From assembly GCA_049976845.1 (NCBI GenBank), contig JBMFHL010000009.1, forward strand, positions 1 through 27,453: a DNA stretch of 27,453 nucleotides. The letters are read 5' to 3'. The position numbers and the translations under genes were made by a program. Shown here in pieces: positions 16,946 to 26,609 of this stretch. Positions within the stretch are counted from its first letter, which is position 1. Each line of letters begins with the position of its first letter. The notes under the pieces were generated by a model. It was not told the DNA's origin. It saw nothing but the letters and a program-made list of their open reading frames with translations, and searched no databases. This DNA is from Candidatus Micrarchaeia archaeon (GTDB taxonomy: Archaea > Micrarchaeota > Micrarchaeia > Micrarchaeales > CABMGC01).

Positions 16946-17190
16946 TGGGAAAAGTTAGCGTACTCTTTAAAGTCTACCCTGAGAACGGGGAGGAGGAGGT
17001 AGTAGGCAAGAGGATTGCCGAGGAGCTCAAGCCTACAGGCATGCAGCTTGAAGATGTTGCATTTGGCATAAAAATAATAAAGGTGCTGTTTATACACGAA
17101 GACAGCGAAGGCAGTTCAGTATTGGAGGAAAAGCTCAAGAAAGTAGAGGGGGTAAAAGAGGTTGAAGTAGAAGAAGAGAGCCTAGTCTAA
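16945..17190 (+). CDS. ef1b: Translation elongation factor aEF-1beta
   Basis: [39 protein letters not shown]; 81 aa, acidic; synteny with DUF1610. Confidence 0.92.
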   Translation: MGKVSVLFKVYPENGEEEVVGKRIAEELKPTGMQLEDVAFGIKIIKVLFIHEDSEGSSVLEEKLKKVEGVKEVEVEEESLV

Positions 17191-17193
17191 TCC

Positions 17194-17685
17194 TTAAATA
17201 GATGACTTTGCTTTTTTACATGCGAGCTTATTTACTCTTTTGAATCTGAGGCTTATCCTTTTCCAATGCGTACCCTTCCAATATATTCTGCCACATTTGC
17301 TGCAGATATAGAATTCATTATTGGATTCGAGGGCATGCTTTGGAACCCTTCCCAAAAGCCTCTTATTGCTTGTTTTTTTCAATCTGCCATTGCATTCAGG
17401 ACATATTTTATTTGGGGTTTCATTAAGCTTTAGGCCAAGGGCTTCAGAAGTATATGCCAGCTGATGCTCGATGTCGGAATGCTCAACAAGCAGTACCCTG
17501 AACCTCTGCTTCTTGGATCGCAGTGCCAGCTGCTTGTCTGAAGTAAGCAACAGCGCTTTCCTGCGCCTCACAAAAGAGATTATTCTTGCATCGCTAGCAT
17601 TTGGCACATCCTCTATGCTTACGCCACCTAGCCTTAGCCAGCGGGCCAGCTTTGCAAGCATTACATCAGCAGCTAGCCTTCTCAT
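17194..17685 (-). CDS. Mut7-C RNase domain protein (PIN-like fold plus zinc ribbon)
   Basis: ADVMLAKLARWLR..G, LLTSDKQL, CPECN, CSKCGRIYWKGTHW. Confidence 0.88.
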   Translation of the reverse strand: MRRLAADVMLAKLARWLRLGGVSIEDVPNASDARIISFVRRRKALLLTSDKQLALRSKKQRFRVLLVEHSDIEHQLAYTSEALGLKLNETPNKICPECNGRLKKTSNKRLLGRVPKHALESNNEFYICSKCGRIYWKGTHWKRISLRFKRVNKLACKKAKSSI

Positions 17686-17760
17686 AATAGTGCTAATGCT
17701 TCGGCTATATTTATTGCTTTCTCTTTCTACTCAATACCCAGAAGCAAAACTACATTTTGA

Positions 17761-19704
17761 TTACTTGAATCTTATAGTATCGAGATTCATTGGGGCGCGG
17801 GCTTCCACTCTGAGCCTATTGCCCAAGCTCCTTGCTAGATCCTCGCATTTATTCTCCTCCCCATGCATCGTAAATATCTTCTTTGGCGAAGGTTTTATGT
17901 TTTCTACGAAGCTCATTAGTTGGCGCCTGTCACTATGCCCTGAAAAGCCTTCGACAGTATTTATCTGCATTTTCACGCTGCGCTGCACCAATTTGCCGTC
18001 TTCATCAGGAAGCGTTATCTCCTTCAAGCCGTTCTGTATTCTCCTGCCTAATGAACCCGCACTATTGTATCCTACGAATATAAGCATATTCTTCGGGTCT
18101 TCGGCCAATTCATTGAAGTACTCTAAACTTGCTCCCCCATTGAGCATGCCTCCGCTAGCTAATATCACCGAAGGGCCTTTGTCTATTATGTCGCTCCTTT
18201 CTCCCTTTGCGATCTCAAATATCTCGCTTTCAAAAGGAGACATGTTGCTCAATATCCTGTGCTGAAGCCCTGCTTTTAGATACTCAGGATATGCGGTGTG
18301 GATTGCGCTCGCTTCGAGTATCATGCCATCAAGATATATTGGTGCCTCAATCTTGTACTTTGGATTGTTAGATAAATATGCCTCAAGGACCAGCATTATC
18401 TCTTGGCTTCTTCCTACTGAGAACAGCGGTATGAGCACCTTGCCGTTATTATCTATGGTCCTTTTTATGTTTTCCATCAGCATTATTTCTGAATCCTGCC
18501 TGTTTGGAGTAATATCGGCTTGGCCACCATATGTACTCTCTATGAAAAGCGAGTCTATTCTTGGATACCTCACGTCTGCAGGGTCCAGAAGTCTTGTGAA
18601 TCCGAATTTCATATCTCCGCTGTGGACTATGTTGTACATCCCTTCCCCTATGTGAAGGTGCACTATTGAACTTCCGAGTATGTGCCCTGCGTTATGGTAT
18701 GTCAATTTTATTTCGTCTGTCACGTTTGTGACTTCGCCGTAGTCCCTTATTATAGTATGGGTTAGCATTTTCTTTATGTCTTTTTCTTCGTAAAGAGGCG
18801 TGCCTCCAGATCTTTGAACGAGCCTGTTGTAATCATACAATAAGAGTGCCATTAGGTCTCTTGTTGGCGGAGTGCAATATACAGGACCCTCATAACCATA
18901 CTTGAACAAGTATGGCAAGAAGCCTATGTGATCCATATGTGCATGTGTTATTATTACAGCATCCAAGTCGTTTATTGTTATGTTTGCACTGTCTAAATAG
19001 GGGTAAGCTTTGTTTTCCCCGTTATTAGCATCTATGCCTTTTACTCCAGGCTCTGGGCTTATGCCGCAGTCTATGAGTATCTTTGAATTATTTGTCTCAA
19101 GCAGCAGGCTGCTACGCCCGACTTCTCTGAAACCGCCCAAAGCCGTAGCTTTTATCCATTCGCTTTTCATTATTGGATTGCTTATTTTTTTGCCTATGCC
19201 TGCAAGGAACTTTCTCCTGAAATCACTTTCTTTGAACATGAGCTGTCTTACGCCATTTATAACATCGCTATTCATGGTAGGCGTTCTTAACACTTTAGGC
19301 ATCCATTTAGTTTCTACAACTATACTTTTTAAAGTGGAGCCTCCTTTTCCAATGACAAGCCCAGGCTTAAGCGCCTCTATGTAAACCTCGCTGAACTCAG
19401 GCACAAACCTGACATTGCTTACCTCTGCTTCCTTTGGTATTATCTCAAGGATCTTTTCCTTCGCTTTTTCAGGATCGGTCAACTTTGAAGGATCGCTCCT
19501 TATTATAAGCTTCCTTTTTATTGTAGAAGACAGATTTTTGACTACAACTTCGTCATTGTATACTGCGGCTATGTTGCTTACATACAGTGCTATGTCAGGG
19601 CCTTCGTACTCTGCCTTAACGTAACCTATCTCTTTAGGCAGTATTTCCTTCAAAATTTCAAAGAGATCTTTCTTTGCTTCCTGCTTTTCGCTTTCTCCGT
19701 TCAA
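17761..19704 (-). CDS. fttA: Beta-CASP ribonuclease aCPSF1 / transcription termination factor FttA
   Basis: N-terminal KH region (YEGP, KPGLVIGKGG), LGGFREVGRS, THAHMDH, HNAGHILGS, ESTYG, GRSQE, GFSGHSD, HGE; TTG start after GAGTGA; lies downstream of psmB. Confidence 0.95.
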   Translation of the reverse strand: MNGESEKQEAKKDLFEILKEILPKEIGYVKAEYEGPDIALYVSNIAAVYNDEVVVKNLSSTIKRKLIIRSDPSKLTDPEKAKEKILEIIPKEAEVSNVRFVPEFSEVYIEALKPGLVIGKGGSTLKSIVVETKWMPKVLRTPTMNSDVINGVRQLMFKESDFRRKFLAGIGKKISNPIMKSEWIKATALGGFREVGRSSLLLETNNSKILIDCGISPEPGVKGIDANNGENKAYPYLDSANITINDLDAVIITHAHMDHIGFLPYLFKYGYEGPVYCTPPTRDLMALLLYDYNRLVQRSGGTPLYEEKDIKKMLTHTIIRDYGEVTNVTDEIKLTYHNAGHILGSSIVHLHIGEGMYNIVHSGDMKFGFTRLLDPADVRYPRIDSLFIESTYGGQADITPNRQDSEIMLMENIKRTIDNNGKVLIPLFSVGRSQEIMLVLEAYLSNNPKYKIEAPIYLDGMILEASAIHTAYPEYLKAGLQHRILSNMSPFESEIFEIAKGERSDIIDKGPSVILASGGMLNGGASLEYFNELAEDPKNMLIFVGYNSAGSLGRRIQNGLKEITLPDEDGKLVQRSVKMQINTVEGFSGHSDRRQLMSFVENIKPSPKKIFTMHGEENKCEDLARSLGNRLRVEARAPMNLDTIRFK

Positions 19705-19776
19705 ATAATCACTCTTGCTTAGGACTACGTAATGAAAAGAAACTAAACCAGCAATATAAAAATAAAATAATAGTTG

Positions 19777-20412
19777 TTACTTTAGTAGTTTTTCTATTTC
19801 TTCACTTGTATACTCTTTATATCCACTTTTTGTTATCGACACTATGGTAAGCCTGTCTCCTGTTGCGGAATCCCTTTTCATGGCTATTTTTAGCGCCTTT
19901 GCAACGCCCTTGACAACCTCCTGCGTTGTGCTTTCCTTCTTGTATATGTCCTCCAAGTAACCTAGCGCTGTTGGCGAGCCACTGCCTGTGGAGGTAAATT
20001 TTGACTCCTTTGTGAAACCACCGTAAGGGTCCATACTGTAGAGCTCAGGCACATTTTTATTTAGGCCACCGACTATGAGCTGGACTATGAATGGCATCAT
20101 CTTATTCTCCTGCAGGATCAGATGCAAAAGAGACGTTGCTGATGTAGGGTTAAGCGAGTTGTTTTCCTCCATCTTGTAAGCCTCATTCTGAGCCCTGAGT
20201 ATCTTAACTATGTATTCTGCATCTCCGACTACGCCAGCAACTGTGAGTGCCAGATTATCATCTATTTTATAGACTTTTATCGCTTCTGAACTCGAGATGA
20301 ATGTGTCCATTGTTGCCCTTGAATCGGCGCCCATTACTACGCCATCGCTGCATATTACCCCAACGGTTGTTGTGCCTTTCATTATCCTCTCTGCTATATC
20401 CTTGTAATCCAT
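19777..20412 (-). CDS. psmB: Proteasome subunit beta
   Basis: Short propeptide followed by KG/TTTVG, ADSRAT, AGVVGDA, TGSGS, RDSATGD. Confidence 0.96.
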   Translation of the reverse strand: MDYKDIAERIMKGTTTVGVICSDGVVMGADSRATMDTFISSSEAIKVYKIDDNLALTVAGVVGDAEYIVKILRAQNEAYKMEENNSLNPTSATSLLHLILQENKMMPFIVQLIVGGLNKNVPELYSMDPYGGFTKESKFTSTGSGSPTALGYLEDIYKKESTTQEVVKGVAKALKIAMKRDSATGDRLTIVSITKSGYKEYTSEEIEKLLK

Positions 20413-20546
20413 CAAAATACACCTAGAATATACAAAATTACATTTTTTTATATTTTATAAGCTTAAGTTTTAAAAATAATGGCCAATTCAAAGATGATAT
20501 CGTTTAGGCTATACAGGGCTTGCTGATTTTTATGCTTCGTGAAGGC

Positions 20547-20792
20547 TTATATTATTAATGTGCCGCTTCCTATAAAATACTTATTGCCTTCTCCGCTCTC
20601 TATGGGCTCTGCATATGCAAAAGTCCTATAGACTTTAGTAATTCTTACTTTATATATCTTGCCTATCTTTGTTCTTGCGTTCTTCACGAAGATTACGAAG
20701 TTATTTAGCTTTCCTATACCCTCGCCCTGAGGGTTCTTTGCATCTACCTTTACATCGTACATCTCTCCCTCTTCTATGCCGACTGTCTCCAT
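20547..20792 (-). CDS. Single TRAM-domain protein (RNA chaperone/cold-shock type)
   Basis: EEGEMYDVKV...GEGIGK...FVIFV...GKIYKVRITKV...FAYAE, the pattern of stand-alone archaeal TRAM proteins. Confidence 0.85.
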   Translation of the reverse strand: METVGIEEGEMYDVKVDAKNPQGEGIGKLNNFVIFVKNARTKIGKIYKVRITKVYRTFAYAEPIESGEGNKYFIGSGTLII

Positions 20793-21024
20793 ATTCCCAC
20801 TCCCCTGAACTTAAACTTTAAGAATAAACACTAACGCTCAAAACAATAACAGCGGCTGCCCTAAAGTATATTTGCTGTATATATTATATAAATCTTTTGT
20901 GCAAATGGGTGTTGTCTAATAATCTTTCCTATTTTTATTTTTCTAAAGCCATACAACTTGTAATTTTTTAGGGGGTAATGCGTAGATTCAAAAGATATTA
21001 AAAATTCTTGTATGCAATTTCTAT

Positions 21025-22602
21025 ATGTTTTACATGCTAGAGGAAGAAGAGAGCATAGGCAGGAGAAGCGTGCGGACACTGTCTTCGCTGCTTGTGGGAA
21101 AATTTGGAGGCGTGCTTGTAAGTGCACTCACATTCATAATAATAGCAAGATTACTTGGGCCAAATGATTACGGAATATACACGCTCGCGGTAGGGATCTA
21201 TGCCTTCATAGGGGCTGCAGGGCATTTCGGAATAGGAACGTACTTCAACAAATTTATAGCAGAGTATATATACAAACGCAATTCGAGGGGCGTTGTAGAT
21301 GTTGTGTCGTATGGTTATAGTATTATAATACCGATAGCATTTGCATTAAGCATTACAGGTATACTGTGCAGTGGATATATCTCATCTTATTTCAAGAGTA
21401 TCACAATTCCTGTAATAACTGTAATCATCGCATCTAGCATAGTCTTCTTTTCGATGATCTATGGGGTTTCTTATCCTGCGCTAGTTAGCTTTGGCAAAGG
21501 CAAGTGGGCAATTTACGCGCTGCTTGCTACGCAGCTTACAAATCTAATATTTAGCACGCTCTTTATTTTAGGAGGTTTAGGATTTAATGGCGCGCTGCTT
21601 GGCATGCTTATTTCTTATGTTATAGGGGCTACCTTCTCTCTTTACTTCGTTTTCAAAGCGGCGGCTAAATTTGGCAAGTTGAGGCTGCCAAAGTATGATG
21701 CTGGAAAGATAAAGAAAGTGCTTATGTTCTCATTGCCTATGGCTGCGAACAATCTGCTCAATAATGGTGTAAGCAGCTTTGCGGTAATATTGCTTGGAGT
21801 CTACGGCACATCTTTTGTATTAGGCAATTACGGCACTGCCACAAGAGGCATGAACCTTATGCAGACAATGTATGGCACAGTCTCAGTAGTATTATTGCCA
21901 ACATTCGCTGCAATGATAGCAAAAAGGAAAAAAGGCGCTGACCTTAGCAAGGCGCTTAACAAGGTTCTGATGTACTCGCTTATAATAACCTTCCCTGTTC
22001 TTGTATACATAGGAGTATTTGCAAAGCCTTTGATATTTATCTTGGTAACAAGCAAGTACTCTGCAGCACCTTTATATCTTTTGCTGATGGCTTCAGGACT
22101 GATAATAGGGATGCCGGCGCTTTATCTGTCTAGTTTTCTAGTTGGAAATGGCTATGTTTATAAGGTGCTTAAATATGGTCTTATTTCTGTTTTATTACAG
22201 CTCATATCGCTTTTCGTGCTGGTGCCACGCATGCTGGCGTTAGGAAACATAATTGCGCTCTTCTTAATAGGTGGCATAGTGAGTGATTTCTTGTTCGCTT
22301 ACAGCATATTTAGGATATTTAGGATAAAGGTTGAACTTGGCAGGCTTGCAAGAATCTTCCTTGCAAATGCTTTGCTTGCAGTTTTTCTGGCGTCTTTGCT
22401 TATAGTCAGAAGCAGTATTGCAGAGGTTGCTATAGGGATTGCGGTTGCAGCATTAATTTATCCTGTACTGCTGGTACTGTTAGGCATAGCAGACGAACCC
22501 TTTATTTCTGACATTTTGAAATTCTCTGCTGGTATAAGAGGCCTTGATGCAATAGTAGAGTATATAACACTGTACATGAAACATTTTATTAGGAGCAAGT
22601 GA
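21025..22602 (+). CDS. Wzx-like oligosaccharide flippase (MOP/polysaccharide biosynthesis family)
   Basis: About 14 TM segments; ARLLGPNDYGIY, FSLP, LGNYG, LLPTF. Start may be ATG 21034. Confidence 0.85.
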   Translation: MFYMLEEEESIGRRSVRTLSSLLVGKFGGVLVSALTFIIIARLLGPNDYGIYTLAVGIYAFIGAAGHFGIGTYFNKFIAEYIYKRNSRGVVDVVSYGYSIIIPIAFALSITGILCSGYISSYFKSITIPVITVIIASSIVFFSMIYGVSYPALVSFGKGKWAIYALLATQLTNLIFSTLFILGGLGFNGALLGMLISYVIGATFSLYFVFKAAAKFGKLRLPKYDAGKIKKVLMFSLPMAANNLLNNGVSSFAVILLGVYGTSFVLGNYGTATRGMNLMQTMYGTVSVVLLPTFAAMIAKRKKGADLSKALNKVLMYSLIITFPVLVYIGVFAKPLIFILVTSKYSAAPLYLLLMASGLIIGMPALYLSSFLVGNGYVYKVLKYGLISVLLQLISLFVLVPRMLALGNIIALFLIGGIVSDFLFAYSIFRIFRIKVELGRLARIFLANALLAVFLASLLIVRSSIAEVAIGIAVAALIYPVLLVLLGIADEPFISDILKFSAGIRGLDAIVEYITLYMKHFIRSK

Positions 22603-22606
22603 TTAT

Positions 22607-24190
22607 ATGCCAAATGTATATGAGGGAATGACTGCCACGGAGTTGGGCATACACAGCGCAGGTGTAGCTTCACTTGTTGCATTTGGGAAGGTTTTCTCGC
22701 TTATTGTAGGGGGCATGACCTTTATAATAGTGGCAAGATTGCTTGGGCCAAACAGCTATGGGGTGTATATACTTGCTGTAGGCGTAGCCGGATTTCTTGG
22801 GGCTTTTGGAAGCTTGAGCCTTAGCCAGTATATGAACAGGCGCATACCAGAGCTAATAATCAAGAAAGAAGAAAAGAAAGTAAGTGAAATTATAGGCGTT
22901 GCGCTTGTATTGATGCTTGCCATTAGCACTATAATAACTTTCATAGGCTTGATTTTTGCTGAGCCCATAGCTACGCTAGTATTCCACAATCCAAATGGCG
23001 GATTTGTTGTAGATATAGCGCTTACAAGCATAATTGTTTCTATGATTTATGGCACGCTGTATGCCATACTTGTGAGCTTTGGAGACGGAAAGGATGCTGC
23101 ACTCTCTTCTGTGACGAACAACAGCATACAGGCAATTGTTAGCATAGGATTAATACTGCTTGGCTTTGGGGCGCTTGGTGCGGTTTCTGGGTGGATTTTA
23201 GGCTTGTTATGTGGGTTGATTTTCGAGCTTTTTGCCCTAAAGCTGAATTGCAAAGCCAATATAGTATTTCACAATTTTAGGATGCACGCCAAGGAGATGC
23301 TCTCATTCTCTTTGCCAATAACAGGATCCAGCATAATCGGAGGTTTGGTAAGCAACTTCGGCGTACTGTACATTGGGATGCTCTTCCTTCCTGGTGCGGT
23401 TGGATTATACGGCATGGCTTCCAAAATAGGAGTTTACCTTGACCTTATAATAGGCTCAATAGGCATTGTATTAATACCAATGTTCTCGGTTGCAATGGCA
23501 AGCAATGCAATAAAGAAAAGGCTAGAGGGTTTCTATAACTATTCTATTTATTTTGGATTATTGTTCGCAACGCCTTTGGTAATATACCTTGCAATCTTCT
23601 CGAATTCGATTATAATATCGGTATTTACATCCACTTACTATTCTGGCTCTATATATATGGCACTTATAGGGATAGGCATACTTTTAGGCTTGATAGGGTC
23701 TTATGCTTCTTCATTGGTGATAAGCGCCGGGATGATAAAAAAGGTATTTGAGTATGCGGTGGTTACTGGAGTTGTAGAATTGGCTTTCATGCTTGCACTA
23801 ACCCCTGCAATGGGTATTCTAGGTGTCATAATATCCCTGTATTTTGTCGGGGGAATATTGTCTGACTACCTATATGTAATGCTCGTGAAGAATTCGCTTG
23901 GCATAAAAGTTAAACCTAAAGTATTTAGGCTTACTTTCGCAAACCTTGTCTTGATTGGCGTATTGCTGCCTTTAGCAATAAGTGGCATAAAGCCCACATA
24001 CCAGCTCATTGCAGGCTTCGTTGCAGTTATTTTTGTGTACCCCATGTTCTTAGGGCTCACAAAAGCCATAGGGAGCAAGGAGTTAAATTTGCTAAAAGGC
24101 ATAAGCGATAAGATACCGCTTTTTGGCACGTGGATAAATGCCATACTTGTATATGCAGGGTTATTCGTAAGGGAGACAGATGGATTATAA
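22607..24190 (+). CDS. Wzx-like oligosaccharide flippase, paralog of the upstream gene
   Basis: ARLLGPNSYGVY, FSLP, VGLYG, LIPMF; GTGATTAT RBS overlapping the previous stop. Confidence 0.85.
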   Translation: MPNVYEGMTATELGIHSAGVASLVAFGKVFSLIVGGMTFIIVARLLGPNSYGVYILAVGVAGFLGAFGSLSLSQYMNRRIPELIIKKEEKKVSEIIGVALVLMLAISTIITFIGLIFAEPIATLVFHNPNGGFVVDIALTSIIVSMIYGTLYAILVSFGDGKDAALSSVTNNSIQAIVSIGLILLGFGALGAVSGWILGLLCGLIFELFALKLNCKANIVFHNFRMHAKEMLSFSLPITGSSIIGGLVSNFGVLYIGMLFLPGAVGLYGMASKIGVYLDLIIGSIGIVLIPMFSVAMASNAIKKRLEGFYNYSIYFGLLFATPLVIYLAIFSNSIIISVFTSTYYSGSIYMALIGIGILLGLIGSYASSLVISAGMIKKVFEYAVVTGVVELAFMLALTPAMGILGVIISLYFVGGILSDYLYVMLVKNSLGIKVKPKVFRLTFANLVLIGVLLPLAISGIKPTYQLIAGFVAVIFVYPMFLGLTKAIGSKELNLLKGISDKIPLFGTWINAILVYAGLFVRETDGL

Positions 24191-24878
24191 AGATATAACT
24201 GTTGTATTGCCTACGCTGAATGAGAAGAAGACAATAGGCAAGCTTATATCAGCGATACTGAATAGGTACAAAGGCATAAACATAATTGTTGTTGACGATT
24301 CCTCTACAGATGGCACCATAGCCGTAGTCAATGGTATAATGTCAAGAGACAAACACGTTCGTTTGCTTGAGAGGAAAGGAAAGAAGGCGGGCTTGACTGC
24401 GGCTATAATTGATGGAATTATGATGTGCAGGACTAGATATGTAATAGTGATGGATGCAGACATGCAACACCCATATCAAGAGATTATAAATATCAAGAAG
24501 AAGTTTGAACAGGGCTACGAGCTTGTAGTTGCAGTAAGGGAAAGCGTCAAAAATTGGGAGTTTTATAGGAAGCTTATATCAAGAAGCTTAATCTATTTGG
24601 GCTATACTGTATTACTTGCCAATGGAAAAGCGAGGTGCAGTGATATTTTCTCCGGGTATTTTGGAATTAAAAGGGATTTATTCGAGAAGGTTTTTGAGGC
24701 AAATAGGGGTAGATTTGTAATGGAGGGGTACAAGGTGCTTTTTGACACGCTCAAATGCATTGATCACAAAAGTGTGCGCATAGGTGAAGTTCCCTACCAT
24801 TTTCATAGAAGGGAATATGGAGAATCTAAGGCAGGGGTTAAAGTAGGCATTGCATTATTCAAGTCTTTTGTTACCTGA
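24180..24878 (+). CDS. GT2 glycosyltransferase, dolichol/polyprenol-phosphate mannosyltransferase (DPM1)-like
   Basis: VVLPTLNE, VVDDSSTDGT, MDADMQH, SDIFSGYF, F..REYGESK. Confidence 0.88.
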   Translation: MDYKDITVVLPTLNEKKTIGKLISAILNRYKGINIIVVDDSSTDGTIAVVNGIMSRDKHVRLLERKGKKAGLTAAIIDGIMMCRTRYVIVMDADMQHPYQEIINIKKKFEQGYELVVAVRESVKNWEFYRKLISRSLIYLGYTVLLANGKARCSDIFSGYFGIKRDLFEKVFEANRGRFVMEGYKVLFDTLKCIDHKSVRIGEVPYHFHRREYGESKAGVKVGIALFKSFVT

Positions 24879-26474
24879 CTTTTCCAAGGCCGCCTTTACG
24901 AAACTTACAAATAATGGAGCTGGCGCCTCGAGTTTTGACTTTAATTCTGGATGGGCCTGTGTGCCTATGCCAAAACTTTTGCTCCATTCTGTAATTTCTA
25001 CAAGTTTGTTGTCTGGAGTAATGCCAGATATCCGCAGTCCGTTTTTCTCGAGAAGACGCCTGTATCTGTTGTTAACCTCATATCTGTGCCTATGCCTCTC
25101 GTAAATATATGTGTTCATGTAAGCATTATATGCTATGGAATTTTTCTTTGTTATCATGCATTTCCATGAGCCAAGCCTCATCGATGCACCTTTTACCTTT
25201 ATCTTTCTCTGTGATGGTATTAAGTCGATTACGTTGTATTTTGTCCTTGGATTGAATTCTGTTGAATTTGCGCCTTGCAAGCCACAGACGTTTCTTCCGT
25301 ATTCCACAACCATAAGCTGCATCCCCAGGCATAATCCCAAATAGGGAATTTTGTTCTTCCTTGCAAACTGTATCGCGCTTATTTTGCCTTCAACGCCCCT
25401 CTTGCCGAAGCCGCCTGGGACTATTACGCCGTCAACGTCAGAGAGCACGTCCAATGAATTCTTTTTTTCTAGGTTGCTTGACTCCACCCATTTGATTTCT
25501 ATGCCTGTATCAAGATGCGCGCCTGCATGGACAAGTGCTTCCTTTACGCTTATGTATGAATCTCTAAGATTGGTGTACTTCCCCACTATCGCAATCCTTA
25601 CTTTTTTAGAAGGATTTTCAATTTTGTCAACTATCGATTTCCACTTTCTGAGATTTGCAGAATTTAAAACCTTTTTTGAAAGGCCCAAATCGCTTAATAA
25701 CAATTTGTCGAAATTCTGCTCAATGAGATGCAGGGGCAGTTTGTAAATTGTGCCTTGGTCGGAATCATCTATTATCCTTTCTGGGCTCAGGTTTGCATAC
25801 AGTGCGATTTTTTTCTTTGCATTTTCTTCAAGAGGATCTGCACTCCTGCAGAGTATAAAGCTTGGCGCTATGCCTGCCTGCATTATGCTCCTGAATGCGA
25901 ATTGCGATGGTTTGGTCTTCTGTTCTCCTACTACGTCAAGCTTTGGCACATAAGTTACATCTATGAATATAGTTTTGTGTCTGAGCGAAAGCTGGCGCAT
26001 TGCTTCTATGAAATAGCTGTTTTCTATATCGCCAACAGTGCCGCCTACCTCTATAATTATTATATCTGGCCTGCGACTCGCAGCAATACCTTCTATCTTT
26101 TCTATTATTGTGTTTGTCAGATGTGGTATTATTTGAACATCTGCGCCTAGGAAATCGCCTCTCCTCTCCTTTTCTATTATCTCACTGAATAGTTTGCCGC
26201 CAGTTATCGACAGGTCGCCTGAGAGCGTTTTGCCGCTAAAGCGCTCGTACATGCCAAAATCCATATCCACTTCGCTTTTGTCGTCTAGAACGAAGACTTC
26301 GCCGTGCCTGTAAGGGTTCATTGTTCCACAGTCGTAGTTCAGGTACCCATCAAATTTTATTGGTATCGCATCGTATCCGTAGAAAGAGAGCACTTTCAAT
26401 ATAGATGCGACGGCTACGCCTTTACCGAGGCCACTCATCACAGAGCCAAGAACTACTATGAATTTGGTTTGCAC
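24855..26474 (-). CDS. pyrG: CTP synthase
   Basis: GSVMSGLGKG, HGEVFV, EVGGTVGDIE, KTKP, VPGGFG.RG, catalytic GLCLGMQ, ERHRHRYEVN, HPE. Start probably GTG 26474. Confidence 0.96.
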   Translation of the reverse strand: MQTKFIVVLGSVMSGLGKGVAVASILKVLSFYGYDAIPIKFDGYLNYDCGTMNPYRHGEVFVLDDKSEVDMDFGMYERFSGKTLSGDLSITGGKLFSEIIEKERRGDFLGADVQIIPHLTNTIIEKIEGIAASRRPDIIIIEVGGTVGDIENSYFIEAMRQLSLRHKTIFIDVTYVPKLDVVGEQKTKPSQFAFRSIMQAGIAPSFILCRSADPLEENAKKKIALYANLSPERIIDDSDQGTIYKLPLHLIEQNFDKLLLSDLGLSKKVLNSANLRKWKSIVDKIENPSKKVRIAIVGKYTNLRDSYISVKEALVHAGAHLDTGIEIKWVESSNLEKKNSLDVLSDVDGVIVPGGFGKRGVEGKISAIQFARKNKIPYLGLCLGMQLMVVEYGRNVCGLQGANSTEFNPRTKYNVIDLIPSQRKIKVKGASMRLGSWKCMITKKNSIAYNAYMNTYIYERHRHRYEVNNRYRRLLEKNGLRISGITPDNKLVEITEWSKSFGIGTQAHPELKSKLEAPAPLFVSFVKAALEKSGNKRLE

Positions 26475-26609
26475 AAAATTATTACTATGCAAAATATAAA
26501 AATCTATAGCATTTTATTTGATTCCTTTAGGCGTTTATATTTTCTTTCCCGTATTTCAATAAAAATTCGGGCTCTGGAAATATTATTAATGTTTATGTAG
26601 CAAGTATAT

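Noticed and set aside
17471..18265. 264-aa plus-strand ORF, and similar antisense ORFs (279-515, 1891-2430, 3139-3543, 4126-4614, 9104-9475, 25351-25746, 25728-26150)
   Set aside because: Shadow frames opposite well-supported genes; Ser/Leu/Phe-rich composition, no motifs, no RBS.
20861..21127. 88-aa minus-strand ORF
   Set aside because: It overlaps the flippase start and an AT-rich divergent promoter region; no motif or RBS.
24855..24878. Convergent 3' overlaps (also 2730-2733 and 8241-8247) as antisense regulation
   Set aside because: Short tail-to-tail overlaps are ordinary in compact genomes.
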